Source: Microcoleaceae cyanobacterium (GTDB lineage Bacteria > Cyanobacteriota > Cyanobacteriia > Cyanobacteriales > Microcoleaceae). Taken from it: a stretch of DNA of 64,000 nt. The notes below the pieces were generated by a model. The model was not told where the DNA came from and ran no database searches. It saw only the letters and a program-made list of their open reading frames with translations. Below are positions 1 to 10,680 of the stretch, piece by piece. A program made the position numbers and the translations under genes. Numbering within the stretch: position 1 is the stretch's first letter; every line of letters begins with the position of its first letter. The stretch is from positions 156,080-220,079 of the forward strand of contig JBOFUV010000034.1 in assembly GCA_051652765.1 (NCBI GenBank), given 5' to 3'.

Positions 1-12
1 CATCTAGTACAT

Positions 13-1110
13 ATGGGACAACTGACAAAGCGACTGTTTTATCTCGCCATTTTGCCTGTGATCTGGGCCATTGCAGGTTGGCAGGGTTGGTCATGGTGGA
101 GTTGGGTGAGTTCTGCCCCAGTCGCCTCCAGCGCATCGTTGAATCCATCATCTCGTCCATCCGCAAACGCTCCAGCCAAAGATGACGCTGTTCAGATTAC
201 GATTCCTTCCGGAACCTCAAGCCAACAAATTGGCCAAGATCTAGAGGCAGCAGGACTCATCCGCTCTGCAAATGCTTGGCGATTGTGGTCACGATGGTTA
301 ATGTTTCAAGACCCGGAAGGGGAGTTTAAAGCTGGAACCTACCAGATGGTACCAACGCAGCCCCTAAGTGCGATCGCTGAGAAAGTCTGGAAGGGAGAAG
401 TGATGCAATCGAGCTTTACGATTCCAGAGGGTTGGTCAATTCAACAAATGGCTGAGTACTTTGAGCAACAAGGATTTTTCACGGCAGAAGAGTTTGTTGC
501 CGCAGCGTCACGGGTTCCGGCTGATCAATTTCCCTGGCTCCCTCAAAAATTACCCCAGTTGGAAGGATTTCTTTACCCTGATACTTACCAGGTTGAATCT
601 GAACAGATTACACCAGAGGGAGTAGTTAATCAGATGCTGAAGCGGTTTGAGGAAGTTGCTCTGCCTGTTTATCAACAAGCTCAAGACAAGCACAATCTAG
701 ATCTGAAAGAATGGGTGACTCTAGCCAGCATTGTTGAGAAAGAGTCCGTGGTTGATGAAGAACGCGGGGTGATCTCAGGGGTGTTCCATAACCGCCTCAA
801 ACAAGGGATTAATTTAGCGGCTGATCCAACGGTGGAGTATGGTCTGGGAATTCGTCAAACCGTTGAGCAGCCTTTGACGTTCAAACAAGTCAAGACCCCC
901 TCTCCTTATAACACCTACCTCAACCCTGGTTTGCCTCCCACTGCGATTGCCAGTCCAGGGGTTGCAAGCCTAGAAGCGACTCTCAATCCAAAGGACACTG
1001 AGTTTCTCTATTTCATGGCCCGATACGATGGAACTCACATCTTTAGCAAAACTGAGGCTGAACATCAAGCCGCGATCGCCGAAGTCGAACGTCAACTCTC
1101 TACTCAATAA
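13..1110 (+). CDS. mltG: Endolytic transglycosylase MltG (YceG family)
   Basis: N-terminal TM segment; motifs LEGFLYPDTY, LASIVEKE, SPYNTYLNPGLPP; the true start may lie before the window. Confidence 0.93.
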   Translation: MGQLTKRLFYLAILPVIWAIAGWQGWSWWSWVSSAPVASSASLNPSSRPSANAPAKDDAVQITIPSGTSSQQIGQDLEAAGLIRSANAWRLWSRWLMFQDPEGEFKAGTYQMVPTQPLSAIAEKVWKGEVMQSSFTIPEGWSIQQMAEYFEQQGFFTAEEFVAAASRVPADQFPWLPQKLPQLEGFLYPDTYQVESEQITPEGVVNQMLKRFEEVALPVYQQAQDKHNLDLKEWVTLASIVEKESVVDEERGVISGVFHNRLKQGINLAADPTVEYGLGIRQTVEQPLTFKQVKTPSPYNTYLNPGLPPTAIASPGVASLEATLNPKDTEFLYFMARYDGTHIFSKTEAEHQAAIAEVERQLSTQ

Positions 1111-1201
1111 CTCTACTCAATCACTCTTTAACTTGAGTCCTATTTCCCTAGACTGACCCAATTTCAGCTAAAATCAGATGACTGAACACATGGGTCTTGC
1201 T

Positions 1202-1723
1202 ATGTCTTGGGGGAAGCTTTTACAGCCGGATTTGATTTTAGGGAGTTCAGTTCTGGATTTAACGCCTGACCTGCTCCAGACTCACCATCTCAAAGGGCTG
1301 GTGTTAGATGTGGATGAAACCCTTGTCCCTATTACTCAGAGTGGTGTATCTGATCTGCTCCAACATTGGGTAGAAACGATTAAGCCCGTTGCCACCCTGT
1401 GGTTGGTGAGTAACAATATTAGCCAACCGCGAATCAGTGGAATTGCTCAGGCCCTTGAATTGCCCTACATTAGTAGTGCGGGCAAGCCCTCACGGCGGAA
1501 ACTGCGGCGGGCGGTTGAAGCGATCAATCTTCCGGTGGAGCAAGTGGGCATGGTGGGCGATCGCCTGTTTACGGATGTTCTGGCAGGAAATCGTCTGGGG
1601 ATGTTTACGATTCTGGTCGAACCCATGACTGATCCAGTTCTAGGAGATCAGCTCTTCCTGCATACGCGCACATTTGAAGTGTGGCTATCTAGGCTTTTAG
1701 GGGCCTCCCTCAAGTTCGATTGA
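1202..1723 (+). CDS. YqeG-family HAD IIIA phosphatase
   Basis: DVDETL (DxD), SNN, AGKP and MVGDRLFTD motifs; conserved mltG-yqeG-proB order; start placed at MSWGK. Confidence 0.9.
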   Translation: MSWGKLLQPDLILGSSVLDLTPDLLQTHHLKGLVLDVDETLVPITQSGVSDLLQHWVETIKPVATLWLVSNNISQPRISGIAQALELPYISSAGKPSRRKLRRAVEAINLPVEQVGMVGDRLFTDVLAGNRLGMFTILVEPMTDPVLGDQLFLHTRTFEVWLSRLLGASLKFD

Positions 1724-1738
1724 GAGTGTTCATTTCCG

Positions 1739-2857
1739 ATGCCCTTGACTATTGTTGTTAAAATTGGTACGTCTAGCCTGACTCAGGCTGCAACAGGGGA
1801 TTTGGCCCTGTCTACCCTGGCCGCATTGGTTGAGACCCTCACCCATCTCCGTCGCCAGGAACACCGAGTCGTCCTGGTGTCTTCTGGGGCTGTGGGGGTT
1901 GGCAGCGCTCGGTTGGGCTTGAGTGAACGGCCTCGAACCATCGCATTAAAACAGGCCGTTGCTGCCGTGGGCCAAGGTCGTCTTATGCGAGTCTATGATG
2001 ATCTATTTACCTCTCTTAACCAGCCCATTGCCCAAGTGTTGCTCACCCGAGGGGATCTCATTCAACGGGGTGGTTATGTCAACGCCTACAATACGTTTCA
2101 GCAACTCCTGCGCTTAAACGTAATTCCAATCGTGAATGAAAACGACACTGTGGCAGTGGATGAACTCAAATTTGGCGATAACGACACCCTTTCTGCCCTA
2201 GTCGCCAGTCTAGTTGAAGCGGATTGGCTATTTATCTTAACGGATGTTGATAAACTTTACTCTGCCGATCCTCGTCATAACCCTAACGCCCAACCTATTG
2301 ACCTAGTAACCCACATAAAACAACTGGAGGAATTGCAGGTCAATATGGGCAATTCCCAGAGTGGCTGGGGGACTGGAGGAATGATTACCAAAATTGAAGC
2401 GGCGCGGATTGCCACAGGTTCAGGGGTGCGAACTGTGATTACAGATGGCAAACAACCACATAATATCGAAAAAATTATTCAAGGAGAACCTTTAGGAACT
2501 CAGTTTGAACCCAGTTCACGACCTGTCAATGCTCGCAAACATTGGATTGCCAATATTTTAATTCCGACAGGAAAGCTTGGCTTGGATGCAGGGGCAGTGA
2601 AGGCGATTTGTCAGAATGGAAAATCCCTCCTAGCTGCAGGGATTACCCAGGTGGAAGGCAGGTTTCAGGTACAGGACGCGGTTCAACTGTGTGATCCCAA
2701 TGGGAGCGAAATTGCGAGGGGACTGGTGAACTATAGCAGTCTTGAACTCGAACAAATTAAAGGCTGTCACTCCGAAACCATTCCTGAAGTCCTCGGATAT
2801 GGGGGTGCAGAGACAGTGATTCATCGAGATAACTTGGTTATTCCCCAAGACCCATAG
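1739..2857 (+). CDS. proB: Glutamate 5-kinase
   Basis: [29 protein letters not shown]-terminal PUA domain. Confidence 0.96.
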   Translation: MPLTIVVKIGTSSLTQAATGDLALSTLAALVETLTHLRRQEHRVVLVSSGAVGVGSARLGLSERPRTIALKQAVAAVGQGRLMRVYDDLFTSLNQPIAQVLLTRGDLIQRGGYVNAYNTFQQLLRLNVIPIVNENDTVAVDELKFGDNDTLSALVASLVEADWLFILTDVDKLYSADPRHNPNAQPIDLVTHIKQLEELQVNMGNSQSGWGTGGMITKIEAARIATGSGVRTVITDGKQPHNIEKIIQGEPLGTQFEPSSRPVNARKHWIANILIPTGKLGLDAGAVKAICQNGKSLLAAGITQVEGRFQVQDAVQLCDPNGSEIARGLVNYSSLELEQIKGCHSETIPEVLGYGGAETVIHRDNLVIPQDP

Positions 2858-2945
2858 TCCCTAACACAGGTTTGAATGTTATGTTTTGAGCGTCACTTGC
2901 GGTAATGTAAAGGCAAATTAAATGAGTTAAAAATTGAGTTAAATT

Positions 2946-3437
2946 ATGATGCGATCGCCCTTTCTCCTCAACACCGCTTTCACGAAAGCCATCCCCACTC
3001 AAGCGACTATTACTAGTGCTACCCTGACTTGCGCTTTAATCAGTCTGATTAGCATTTTAACCTGGTTCTGGGCTCCTCCTGCTTGGGCCTTGATTCCGAT
3101 TGAACTCTATGATTTGAATGTTCAGGACTGTCCACCCGAGCTAGCCGATGGCATGGTTGCTAGCTTTTCGTCCCAGGAAGCCAACTGCTTTATGGTGATG
3201 GGAAAAGCGAAGAACTCCTCCGGCAAGCTTGTTGTTGATGCAGATATCTTTGGTCGAATTTATGATGCCAACGATAACCCGGTGATGCAAAATCGAACTC
3301 GCTTGGGAAGTATTAGTGAAGTTCCTCCTGGAGCCAGTGATTTTGAACTAAGAATTTCTGTTCCAACTAATCTAAAAACGCCACTCAAACTGAAACAATT
3401 CAAAGCTTCTGGTTTTACAGGTCGGATTGGACGATAA
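2946..3437 (+). CDS. Conserved cyanobacterial secreted/periplasmic hypothetical protein
   Basis: Signal-peptide-like region (PPAWA), two Cys, conserved-looking DADIFGRIYDAN..NRTRLG. Confidence 0.7.
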   Translation: MMRSPFLLNTAFTKAIPTQATITSATLTCALISLISILTWFWAPPAWALIPIELYDLNVQDCPPELADGMVASFSSQEANCFMVMGKAKNSSGKLVVDADIFGRIYDANDNPVMQNRTRLGSISEVPPGASDFELRISVPTNLKTPLKLKQFKASGFTGRIGR

Positions 3438-3542
3438 CTATCTCAAAGAAAAGGAGACATCACTAAAAAGCCGAGATCTTTTTTGCCAACCTCGGCTCAA
3501 TGTATTCAGTAGAGAAATAGAAAAAGCCTTGTCATTCAGGGA

Positions 3543-3845
3543 CTAGACAGACATAGAAGAGGCTGCATAGGCCAGACTAAATAAGAGCTGAGGAACTAAC
3601 CCAGCCACAATCTGCAGCAAGAAAATTGCAATCATGGGCGAGAAATCTATTCCTCCCAAGGGTGGAATAAACTGTCGAAAAACGTTTAAGTAAGGATCGG
3701 TGAGCTGGCTCAGAATGGAAAAAGGAGGATCATACCAGTTAATGTTGGGAAACCAACTGAGTAAAATTCTGATAAAAATTAAGACTGTATAGATTTGAAA
3801 GAATGTGCTAACTGTCATTGCTAACAACTGTAGTACATTGCCCAT
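3543..3845 (-). CDS. YggT/YlmG (Ycf19) family membrane protein
   Basis: RILLSWFP..TDPYL..FR..IPPLGGIDFSP signature. Confidence 0.9.
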   Translation of the reverse strand: MGNVLQLLAMTVSTFFQIYTVLIFIRILLSWFPNINWYDPPFSILSQLTDPYLNVFRQFIPPLGGIDFSPMIAIFLLQIVAGLVPQLLFSLAYAASSMSV

Positions 3846-3925
3846 AATTAATTCCTAATTCTTCAATTTATGTTTGAAACTATCTTACTGAGTAGTTTAT
3901 CACACTTCCCCAAGGTCGTTTGGTT

Positions 3926-4240
3926 CTAGGATTCCTCTGTCAGCGATCGCTCCGAGTAATGTTCTGTTGTCATTGAGCCATTTTCACTGCCAAGCTGTTG
4001 TCTCACATCATCAATTGCTTGGTTGAGTTGAGCAATTTTCTCCTCCAAGCTTAAATGTGCCAGATCAAGATTGCCCACTTCCAATCGCTTGGCTTTTCGT
4101 TTGCCATCGGTCAGACTCGCTGGGGTTGAATTTTCTCCAGAGAGGCGGGAAGCCAGAACCACGCCTACAATCCCCCCAACCACACCACCGACTACTGCAC
4201 CCAGGGCAAATCCACCCGTAAATCCATCTCGATTACTCAT
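3926..4240 (-). CDS. Conserved cyanobacterial hypothetical protein (TM glycine zipper plus coiled coil)
   Basis: GFALGAVVGGVVGG and SLEEKIAQLNQAIDDVRQQL; typical upp-hyp-yggT cluster. Confidence 0.8.
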   Translation of the reverse strand: MSNRDGFTGGFALGAVVGGVVGGIVGVVLASRLSGENSTPASLTDGKRKAKRLEVGNLDLAHLSLEEKIAQLNQAIDDVRQQLGSENGSMTTEHYSERSLTEES

Positions 4241-4279
4241 AGCGCCTTCCTCGTAACGTTTCCTGCCTACTCATCATAA

Positions 4280-4316
4280 TTCTGATTGATAGTTCTGATT
4301 GATAGTTCTGATTGAT
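4280..4316. repeat. 13-bp tandem repeat TTCTGATTGATAG x~2.8
   Basis: Read directly from sequence. Confidence 0.9.
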
Positions 4317-4390
4317 GTGGAATCAAACGTTCCAAACGTCTAGCTCAACTTCACTTCTACATATCTAGACACCAAATCTAGGTACCAAAT

Positions 4391-5041
4391 CTAGGTACCA
4401 AAAGTACGATCGCCTGCATCTCCCAAGCCAGGAACAATGAATCCTTTGCTATTGAGACCGTCATCGATAATCGCTGTGTACACCTGCAAATTTGGATAGG
4501 CTTCACTCAGTCGTCTCAATGCAGGGGGAGCAGTCACCACTGAAATAATCCGCGTCAGACTTGGATCAATGCCTCGTGCCGTTAGCTCTGCCATCGTTGT
4601 CATAATCGTTCCCCCGGTTGCCAGCATCGGTTCACTAACAATTACCCGCGTCTGGGGAGCAAACTGGCTTGGGAGTTTATTGAGATAGCAACTGGTTTCC
4701 AGGGTCTCTTCATTCCGCACCATCCCCAAATGATAGACCGCCGTCAGAGGAACAACACTTTGAATGCCTTCTAGTAACGCCAACCCCGCCCGTAGAATTG
4801 GGACAACGACCATCGGGACTTCTGCATTGACATAGGTTCCTGGACACTCTGCCAAAGGGGTTTTGATAATGGTTTCAACGGTAGGTAACCAATCCCGTGC
4901 CGCTTCGTAGGTCAACCATCGACCAAGTTCAGTCATGGCCGTCCGAAAGAGAACAGAGGGCGTTTCAGCATCCCGAGCGATCGCCAACCAGTGCTTGATC
5001 AAGGGATGGGGAGGAACGTAGACACGCAATTGCAGAGCCAT
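4391..5041 (-). CDS. upp: Uracil phosphoribosyltransferase
   Basis: HPLIKHWL, VPILRAG, PMLATGGT, IVPGLGDAGDR; start at MALQLRV. Confidence 0.96.
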   Translation of the reverse strand: MALQLRVYVPPHPLIKHWLAIARDAETPSVLFRTAMTELGRWLTYEAARDWLPTVETIIKTPLAECPGTYVNAEVPMVVVPILRAGLALLEGIQSVVPLTAVYHLGMVRNEETLETSCYLNKLPSQFAPQTRVIVSEPMLATGGTIMTTMAELTARGIDPSLTRIISVVTAPPALRRLSEAYPNLQVYTAIIDDGLNSKGFIVPGLGDAGDRTFGT

Positions 5042-5156
5042 GGGCAGAACCAGGATGATGTAGCAAGTAATTCTCAACTATCATACTCTGGTTTTTACGG
5101 TTCAACAGGCACAAGTTAGCCATTCTCTGTTCCAAAAATAAATTTTATCCAATCTA

Positions 5157-5185
5157 TTGACAATCTTTTTCAAGAAGCATACAGT
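5157..5185 (+). promoter_or_regulatory. Sigma70-type promoter of the IsaR1-like sRNA
   Basis: TTGACA (5157-5162), 17-nt spacer, TACAGT (5180-5185). Confidence 0.75.
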
Positions 5186-5191
5186 AGTTCT

Positions 5192-5258
5192 AGTGTTCTC
5201 CTCTCAAAAGGCTCAACAGACGGGGCGGTAAGGCTACTGAATGCTGCCCCGTTATTTA
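5192..5258 (+). ncRNA. isaR1: IsaR1-like iron-stress-activated sRNA
   Basis: 5' motif AGTGTTCTCCTCTCAA, then GC-rich terminator hairpin ACGGGGCGGTA/TGCTGCCCCGT with T-rich tail; ~67 nt; lies between upp and crtH as recalled for IsaR1. Confidence 0.8.
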
Positions 5259-5598
5259 TTACCTTCTGAGAGACTTTGCTCAATCGAGTTACAGGGGGCA
5301 CACTAGATAATCCAGGTATTTGCTGTCCTCTGTATGCCCTGAAGGATGTACACCAGGAGCACAGAAAGACTACGCACAGCCTTTCTGTGAGCAATTTAAC
5401 AGCCTGGGCTTGACCTATCAGCTTTGTGTTAACAGTCCATAAACTTGATGTTAACCGGCGCAAATCTTTTCCCAAAAATCTCCAAAAAATTCCCGAACCT
5501 TTCTGAGAGGGGTTTTATGCCTTTTGGTTCTCCACTGAAGGAGCTAGAGACGCTAAACTGTGAGAGTCACAAAATCCCAAGTGAGAGTTGACCCAACG

Positions 5599-7149
5599 AT
5601 GCCTGTTCCTAGCTCGCCTGAGTTTGCTGCTACAACGTCCATAGATTCCTCGCCAGCTTTTTTTGATGTGATCGTGATTGGTTCTGGAATTGGGGGGCTA
5701 GTGACAGCAACTCAACTTGCAGCCAAAGGTGTTTCCGTCCTAGTTTTGGAAAGTTATGTGATTCCCGGTGGCAGTTCTGGCTACTTTGAACGGGAAGGAT
5801 ACCGGTTTGATGTTGGGGCATCGATGATTTTCGGATTTGGAGCGCAAGGAACCACGAACTTGCTGACCCGTGCTTTAGATGCTGTCAATGTTAGCCTTGA
5901 GACCATCTCTGATCCAATTCAAGTGCATTATCATTTGCCAGGGAAATTGGAAATTAAGGTTCATCAGGATTATGAGAAGTTTTTGCAAGAACTAACTGAC
6001 AAGTTTCCGATTGAACGTCAGGGAATTCGTAACTTTTACAATGAATGCTGGCAGGTCTTTAACTGCTTAAATTCGATGGAATTGCTATCCCTGGAAGAAC
6101 CCCGCTATTTAGTGCGGGTCTTTTTTCAGCAGCCCAGTGCTTGTTTGGGACTCCTACGGTATCTCCCTCAAAATGTTGGAGATGTGGCCCGTTGGCATAT
6201 TCATGATCCGCAATTGCTAAAGTTCATTGACCTAGAATGCTATATCTGGTCAGTTGTACCCGCAGCCTTAACGCCGATGATTAATGCGGGGATGGTGTTC
6301 TCTGATCGTCACTATGGCGGGATCAACTATCCAAAAGGTGGCGTGGGCCAAATCGCCTTAAAGTTGGTGGAGGGTCTGGAAAACGCAGGGGGGCAAATTT
6401 GCTACAAGTCCAGAGTCAAGCAGGTTCTGATTGAACAGGGTCGGGCAGTTGGCGTTGAACTCGCTGATGGTAGAGTCTATCGGGCCAAACGAATTGTTTC
6501 TAATGCTACGCGCTGGGATACTTTTGGTAAGCTCGTCCCCAATGATAAAACCCCAAATTCAGAGCGAAAATGGCAACAGCGATATCAAAAGTCTCCGAGT
6601 TTTCTCAGTATTCATGCAGGGGTTGAGGCATCGGTCTTTCCCTCTGGCACAGAATGTCATCATGTTTTGCTGGAAAATTGGGAATCCATGCAAGAGCCAG
6701 AAGGCACAATTTTTGTTTCGATTCCCACGTTACTCGATTCCAGTCTTGCTCCCAAGGGCTATCACATCCTACACACCTTTACTCCAAGCTGGATTCAGGA
6801 CTGGGAAGGGTTGTCAGAAGCTGAATATGAAGCCAAGAAAGAAGCCGCTGCTTGGCGCATCATTGATCGATTGGAGCAGATTTTCCCTGGATTGGATGCA
6901 GGGTTGGATTACCTAGAAGTGGGAACTGGGCGATCGCACCGTCGATTTCTCAATCGTCAAGATGGAACCTATGGCCCAATGCCGCGTCAAGCGCTGCGAG
7001 GGTTATTGGGGATGCCTTTCAATCGCACAGCCATTCCGGGACTGTACTGTGTTGGGGATAGTACGTTTCCGGGTCAAGGACTCAATGCGGTTGCTTTCTC
7101 TGGGTTTGCCTGTGCCCATCGAGTTGCAGCGGATTTAGGCTTGGCTTAG
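5599..7149 (+). CDS. crtH: Carotenoid (prolycopene) isomerase CrtH/CRTISO
   Basis: GSGIGGL Rossmann motif; [29 protein letters not shown]. Confidence 0.93.
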   Translation: MPVPSSPEFAATTSIDSSPAFFDVIVIGSGIGGLVTATQLAAKGVSVLVLESYVIPGGSSGYFEREGYRFDVGASMIFGFGAQGTTNLLTRALDAVNVSLETISDPIQVHYHLPGKLEIKVHQDYEKFLQELTDKFPIERQGIRNFYNECWQVFNCLNSMELLSLEEPRYLVRVFFQQPSACLGLLRYLPQNVGDVARWHIHDPQLLKFIDLECYIWSVVPAALTPMINAGMVFSDRHYGGINYPKGGVGQIALKLVEGLENAGGQICYKSRVKQVLIEQGRAVGVELADGRVYRAKRIVSNATRWDTFGKLVPNDKTPNSERKWQQRYQKSPSFLSIHAGVEASVFPSGTECHHVLLENWESMQEPEGTIFVSIPTLLDSSLAPKGYHILHTFTPSWIQDWEGLSEAEYEAKKEAAAWRIIDRLEQIFPGLDAGLDYLEVGTGRSHRRFLNRQDGTYGPMPRQALRGLLGMPFNRTAIPGLYCVGDSTFPGQGLNAVAFSGFACAHRVAADLGLA

Positions 7150-7191
7150 GTTTGGCTTAGATTAGGATCTATCAACCTAAATCGGGCTGTG

Positions 7192-7223
7192 TTGGTTGGT
7201 GTTACCAGCGCAACACCAACCAA
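7192..7223. terminator. Hairpin between convergent crtH and treS
   Basis: 12-bp perfect stem TTGGTTGGTGTT/AACACCAACCAA with 8-nt loop. Confidence 0.65.
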
Positions 7224-7257
7224 TATAATTAACTACCCTAGACAAACCACTGAGGCA

Positions 7258-10200
7258 TTATTCCTCTGAATCTGATGGAATGATGGCAGAGTGGGTTCTG
7301 GCAGCAATCCGGTTTAGGACAGCTTCCATGTCTGAGGTTGGTACAGTTGCAGGTCGTGCAGACAAGTCCAAGAGCAATTGTAATGGAATCATCAAGGGTT
7401 CATCGCCTTGATTTAAAGAATTTCCCAGATCTTGAACGGCATTCTCCAATAGATAGCAGTCCAATAACACCTGGAGTTCCTCCTGATCGTTGGGAATGAA
7501 ACTGTAAGATTGGGCAACATCCAGGTAGCTCTTGAGGAAGGTTGCCCCGACCCAGGTCTGCCAAAACTTGGCCCATTGCTGCATTAAGGGTAGATTTTCA
7601 GGGCGGATCATGCCATTTTCGACCTCGTTTTGCAGGGCTGTACGCGCCGCATGATCAAAAGAGAGTAGCATACTCGCAACATCTCGCAGGGGCGATCGCT
7701 TCATGCGCCGCTCGTTTAAAGTTCGATAGGTTTCGCCTTCAAAGTCAAGAATGACAAAATCTTTCCCGGTGTACAGGACTTCCTCCAAACAATAGTTCCC
7801 GTGACATCGGGTTCGAGTTGCGGTGATTTTGAAGGCCAACACCTGTTTGAGTTGCCCTAAGATAAATTCTTTGGCACTAATCACCTGACGGGCTAGGGTC
7901 TGAACTTCAGGAGTTAGGGTTTTGAGTCGCTTTTTCAAGCGCAGCACCGTTTGTCCCGTTAAATTGCGGGAATATTGATAAATCGAGCGTTGATAGAAAG
8001 AGGAAAACGCAACTGGACAAAAGTCAGGATGTTCTGGATCAGAAGAAAGGGCAATATGCATTTCCGCTGTCCGCTGACCGAGAAGCTGGGCGTTTGTCAA
8101 GTAGGAACCAATGGTTAGAGTTGCGAGTTCGGGAATGTCTTGCGCGCACAGAGCCGTGATCGGTGCAGTTTCAACCGGCACTTCTGTAACATTGGATTGG
8201 GTCACTGTCACCCGATCAAAATAATCTCGTAAGACATCTAGGGCAGAATTCCAGGCATTACTTGCATTGGGAATATAGGGCTGTAACACCCCAATTGTCA
8301 TGGCCTCACCTGTCTTCCGGCGATACTCCAAACTTCCCATTGCAGGTGCAATATGAGCCAGTTCTGCCTTTTCCCGGAGGAAATTTCGCACTTCCAGCTC
8401 AGGATTAATCCCTTCTTCAACCCGGCGGAAAAGCTTGAATACAAACCGATTGCCATAAATAATCAGGGTATTGCTACGGTTACTCTTCTCTAGGGCCATC
8501 TCAAAGTTGCCCTGGAGGGTGTCCCGATCCGGTTCAAGGGCATCGGTGGTAATTGCCGTTAAGCGTCCGAGGGTACCAGAGTAGGTTTGCCGAGACACAA
8601 TCGCCTGCTTCAGCATCCCCATAAAATTCTGGTCAGTAATGGCATCAAACAAGAGTCCCTGTTCTTGACCCACGGTTAGGGTGGCCATAATCGCTTGAGG
8701 ATCATTCTGACGTACCTGTTCTGCCGCTTCCCCGGTAGCATAGGCTAAGGGCAACACATAGGTTTCAGGGAACCCCTCAGTATATTCAAGCTGGAACAGA
8801 ACAATGGCAGCTTCCTGGTCAAGGTAAGGCACTGAAATCACATCGGCAATCCGGATTGCCTGTACCACCTGAAACTTCCCGGTGAACCAGCGACAGGTTT
8901 TGAGGTATCCAGCCAGGATAGATTCTAATTCCGGCTTCAGTGCTGCTTCGGTCAGAACCTGTTGCCAACTCTCCTCTACCTCTAGGGCTGGGAGCTGCTT
9001 CTGAGGGCGCAGGGATAGGTTGGCACTGGGGTCGAGTTGCAGTAGGAACCAATAAAATCCATAGGGACTGATGCTAATGAAATAGGCAGATTTATCAATC
9101 TTGGGAAACTCGGTACGCCCAAAAATTTCGACGGGAATCATGCCCACAAACCCGGACAGATCCAGTTCTACAGTCTGCACAAACCGAGAAAGATTGGCAA
9201 CCACCAAAATATGTTCGCCGTTATAGGTTCGGACAAAGGTCAACACCTTCCGGTTTTCTGGGTGCAACAGTTCAAAGGTTCCCCGACCAAAGGCTTGGAA
9301 CCGCTTCCGCATCGCAATCAGCCGCTTTGTCCAAGACAACAAGGAGTTGGGGTTCCCGACTTGAGCCTCAACGTTAACGGTTTCATAGTGGTATTCTGCA
9401 TCCAAAACCACAGGCTGGTAAAGCTTCTGGGGATTAGCCCGACTGAATCCTGCATTGCGATCGGGGCTCCACTGCATGGGAGTTCGTACCCCATGGCGAT
9501 CGCCAATGTAGATGTTGTCCCCCATGCCAATCTCATCCCCGTAGTAAAGCACCGGAGTTCCCGGCAGGGAGAGCAATAAAGTATTCATCAGTTCAATCTG
9601 CCGTCGATCATTGCTCAATAGGGGTGCTAAACGGCGACGAATCCCCAGATTAATTCGGGCTTGAGTGTCTTGGGCATAGACCTTGTACATGTAGTCTCGG
9701 TCTTCGTCTGTCACCATTTCCAGGGTCAGTTCATCGTGATTTCGCAAGAATAGAGCCCACTGACAATTATCAGGAATCGCTGGCGTTTGATTCAGAATGT
9801 CGATAATCGGGAAGCTATCCTCCATCCGCAGAGACATAAATAAACGCGGCATCAGCGGAAAATGAAAATTCATGTGGCACTCATCCCCAGTGCCGTAATA
9901 GGTTGCCGCATCCTCTGGCCATTGGTTGGCTTCTGCCAGCAACATCCGGTTGGAATACTTGAGGTCAAGATAGGCCCGCAGTTGTTTCAAGAATTCATGG
10001 GTTCCGGGTAAGTTCTCGCAGTTGGTGCCCTCTTGAACACACAGGTAAGGAACTGCGTCTAACCGCATTCCATCTACCCCCATATCCATCCAAAAATCGA
10101 CGACCTTCAGTAAAGCCTTTTGCAGTTCAGGGTTCTCGTAGTTTAAATCGGGCTGGTGAGAATAGAACCGATGCCAATAATAAGCTTTTGCCACGGGGTC

Positions 10201-10680
10201 CCAGGCCCAGTTCGAGGTTTCAAAGTCCTGAAAAATAATCCGCACCTCTGGAAACTTGTCTGGAGTATCGCTCCAAACATAGAAATCCCGCTCTTTGCTG
10301 CCTTTAGGGGCGTGGCGGGCTCGCTGGAACCAAGGGTGTTGGTCAGAAGTATGGTTGACAACTAACTCGATAATGACCCGAATCCCCCGTTTATGGGCCT
10401 CAGCCAGTAGGGTTTTGAACTCTTCTAGGGTGCCATAGATCGAATTAACGCTCATGTAGTCGGCAATATCATAGCCATCATCCCGCAGTGGCGAGGGGAA
10501 AAAGGGGAGCACCCAAATTGCTGTAATCCCCAGATCTTGCAAATAATCTAATTTTGAGGTCAAGCCTGGAAAATCACCAATCCCGTCACCATTGCTATCA
10601 GCATAGGCCCGGATAGGGACTTCATAAATAACCGCATCTTTGAACCAGAGAGGATCGTTAGTCAGCTTGGGATGTTGCAT
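7258..10680 (-). CDS. treS: Trehalose synthase (maltose alpha-D-glucosyltransferase) fused to a maltokinase-like domain
   Basis: GH13 motifs RLDAVPYL, LAEANQW, FLRNHDELTLE; C-terminal Pep2/Mak-like domain (DFEGE, SPLRDVA). Confidence 0.93.
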   Translation of the reverse strand: MQHPKLTNDPLWFKDAVIYEVPIRAYADSNGDGIGDFPGLTSKLDYLQDLGITAIWVLPFFPSPLRDDGYDIADYMSVNSIYGTLEEFKTLLAEAHKRGIRVIIELVVNHTSDQHPWFQRARHAPKGSKERDFYVWSDTPDKFPEVRIIFQDFETSNWAWDPVAKAYYWHRFYSHQPDLNYENPELQKALLKVVDFWMDMGVDGMRLDAVPYLCVQEGTNCENLPGTHEFLKQLRAYLDLKYSNRMLLAEANQWPEDAATYYGTGDECHMNFHFPLMPRLFMSLRMEDSFPIIDILNQTPAIPDNCQWALFLRNHDELTLEMVTDEDRDYMYKVYAQDTQARINLGIRRRLAPLLSNDRRQIELMNTLLLSLPGTPVLYYGDEIGMGDNIYIGDRHGVRTPMQWSPDRNAGFSRANPQKLYQPVVLDAEYHYETVNVEAQVGNPNSLLSWTKRLIAMRKRFQAFGRGTFELLHPENRKVLTFVRTYNGEHILVVANLSRFVQTVELDLSGFVGMIPVEIFGRTEFPKIDKSAYFISISPYGFYWFLLQLDPSANLSLRPQKQLPALEVEESWQQVLTEAALKPELESILAGYLKTCRWFTGKFQVVQAIRIADVISVPYLDQEAAIVLFQLEYTEGFPETYVLPLAYATGEAAEQVRQNDPQAIMATLTVGQEQGLLFDAITDQNFMGMLKQAIVSRQTYSGTLGRLTAITTDALEPDRDTLQGNFEMALEKSNRSNTLIIYGNRFVFKLFRRVEEGINPELEVRNFLREKAELAHIAPAMGSLEYRRKTGEAMTIGVLQPYIPNASNAWNSALDVLRDYFDRVTVTQSNVTEVPVETAPITALCAQDIPELATLTIGSYLTNAQLLGQRTAEMHIALSSDPEHPDFCPVAFSSFYQRSIYQYSRNLTGQTVLRLKKRLKTLTPEVQTLARQVISAKEFILGQLKQVLAFKITATRTRCHGNYCLEEVLYTGKDFVILDFEGETYRTLNERRMKRSPLRDVASMLLSFDHAARTALQNEVENGMIRPENLPLMQQWAKFWQTWVGATFLKSYLDVAQSYSFIPNDQEELQVLLDCYLLENAVQDLGNSLNQGDEPLMIPLQLLLDLSARPATVPTSDMEAVLNRIAARTHSAIIPSDSEE

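Noticed and set aside
5170..5475. 101-aa minus-strand ORF between upp and crtH
   Set aside because: TTG start, no motifs, and antisense to the better-supported sRNA
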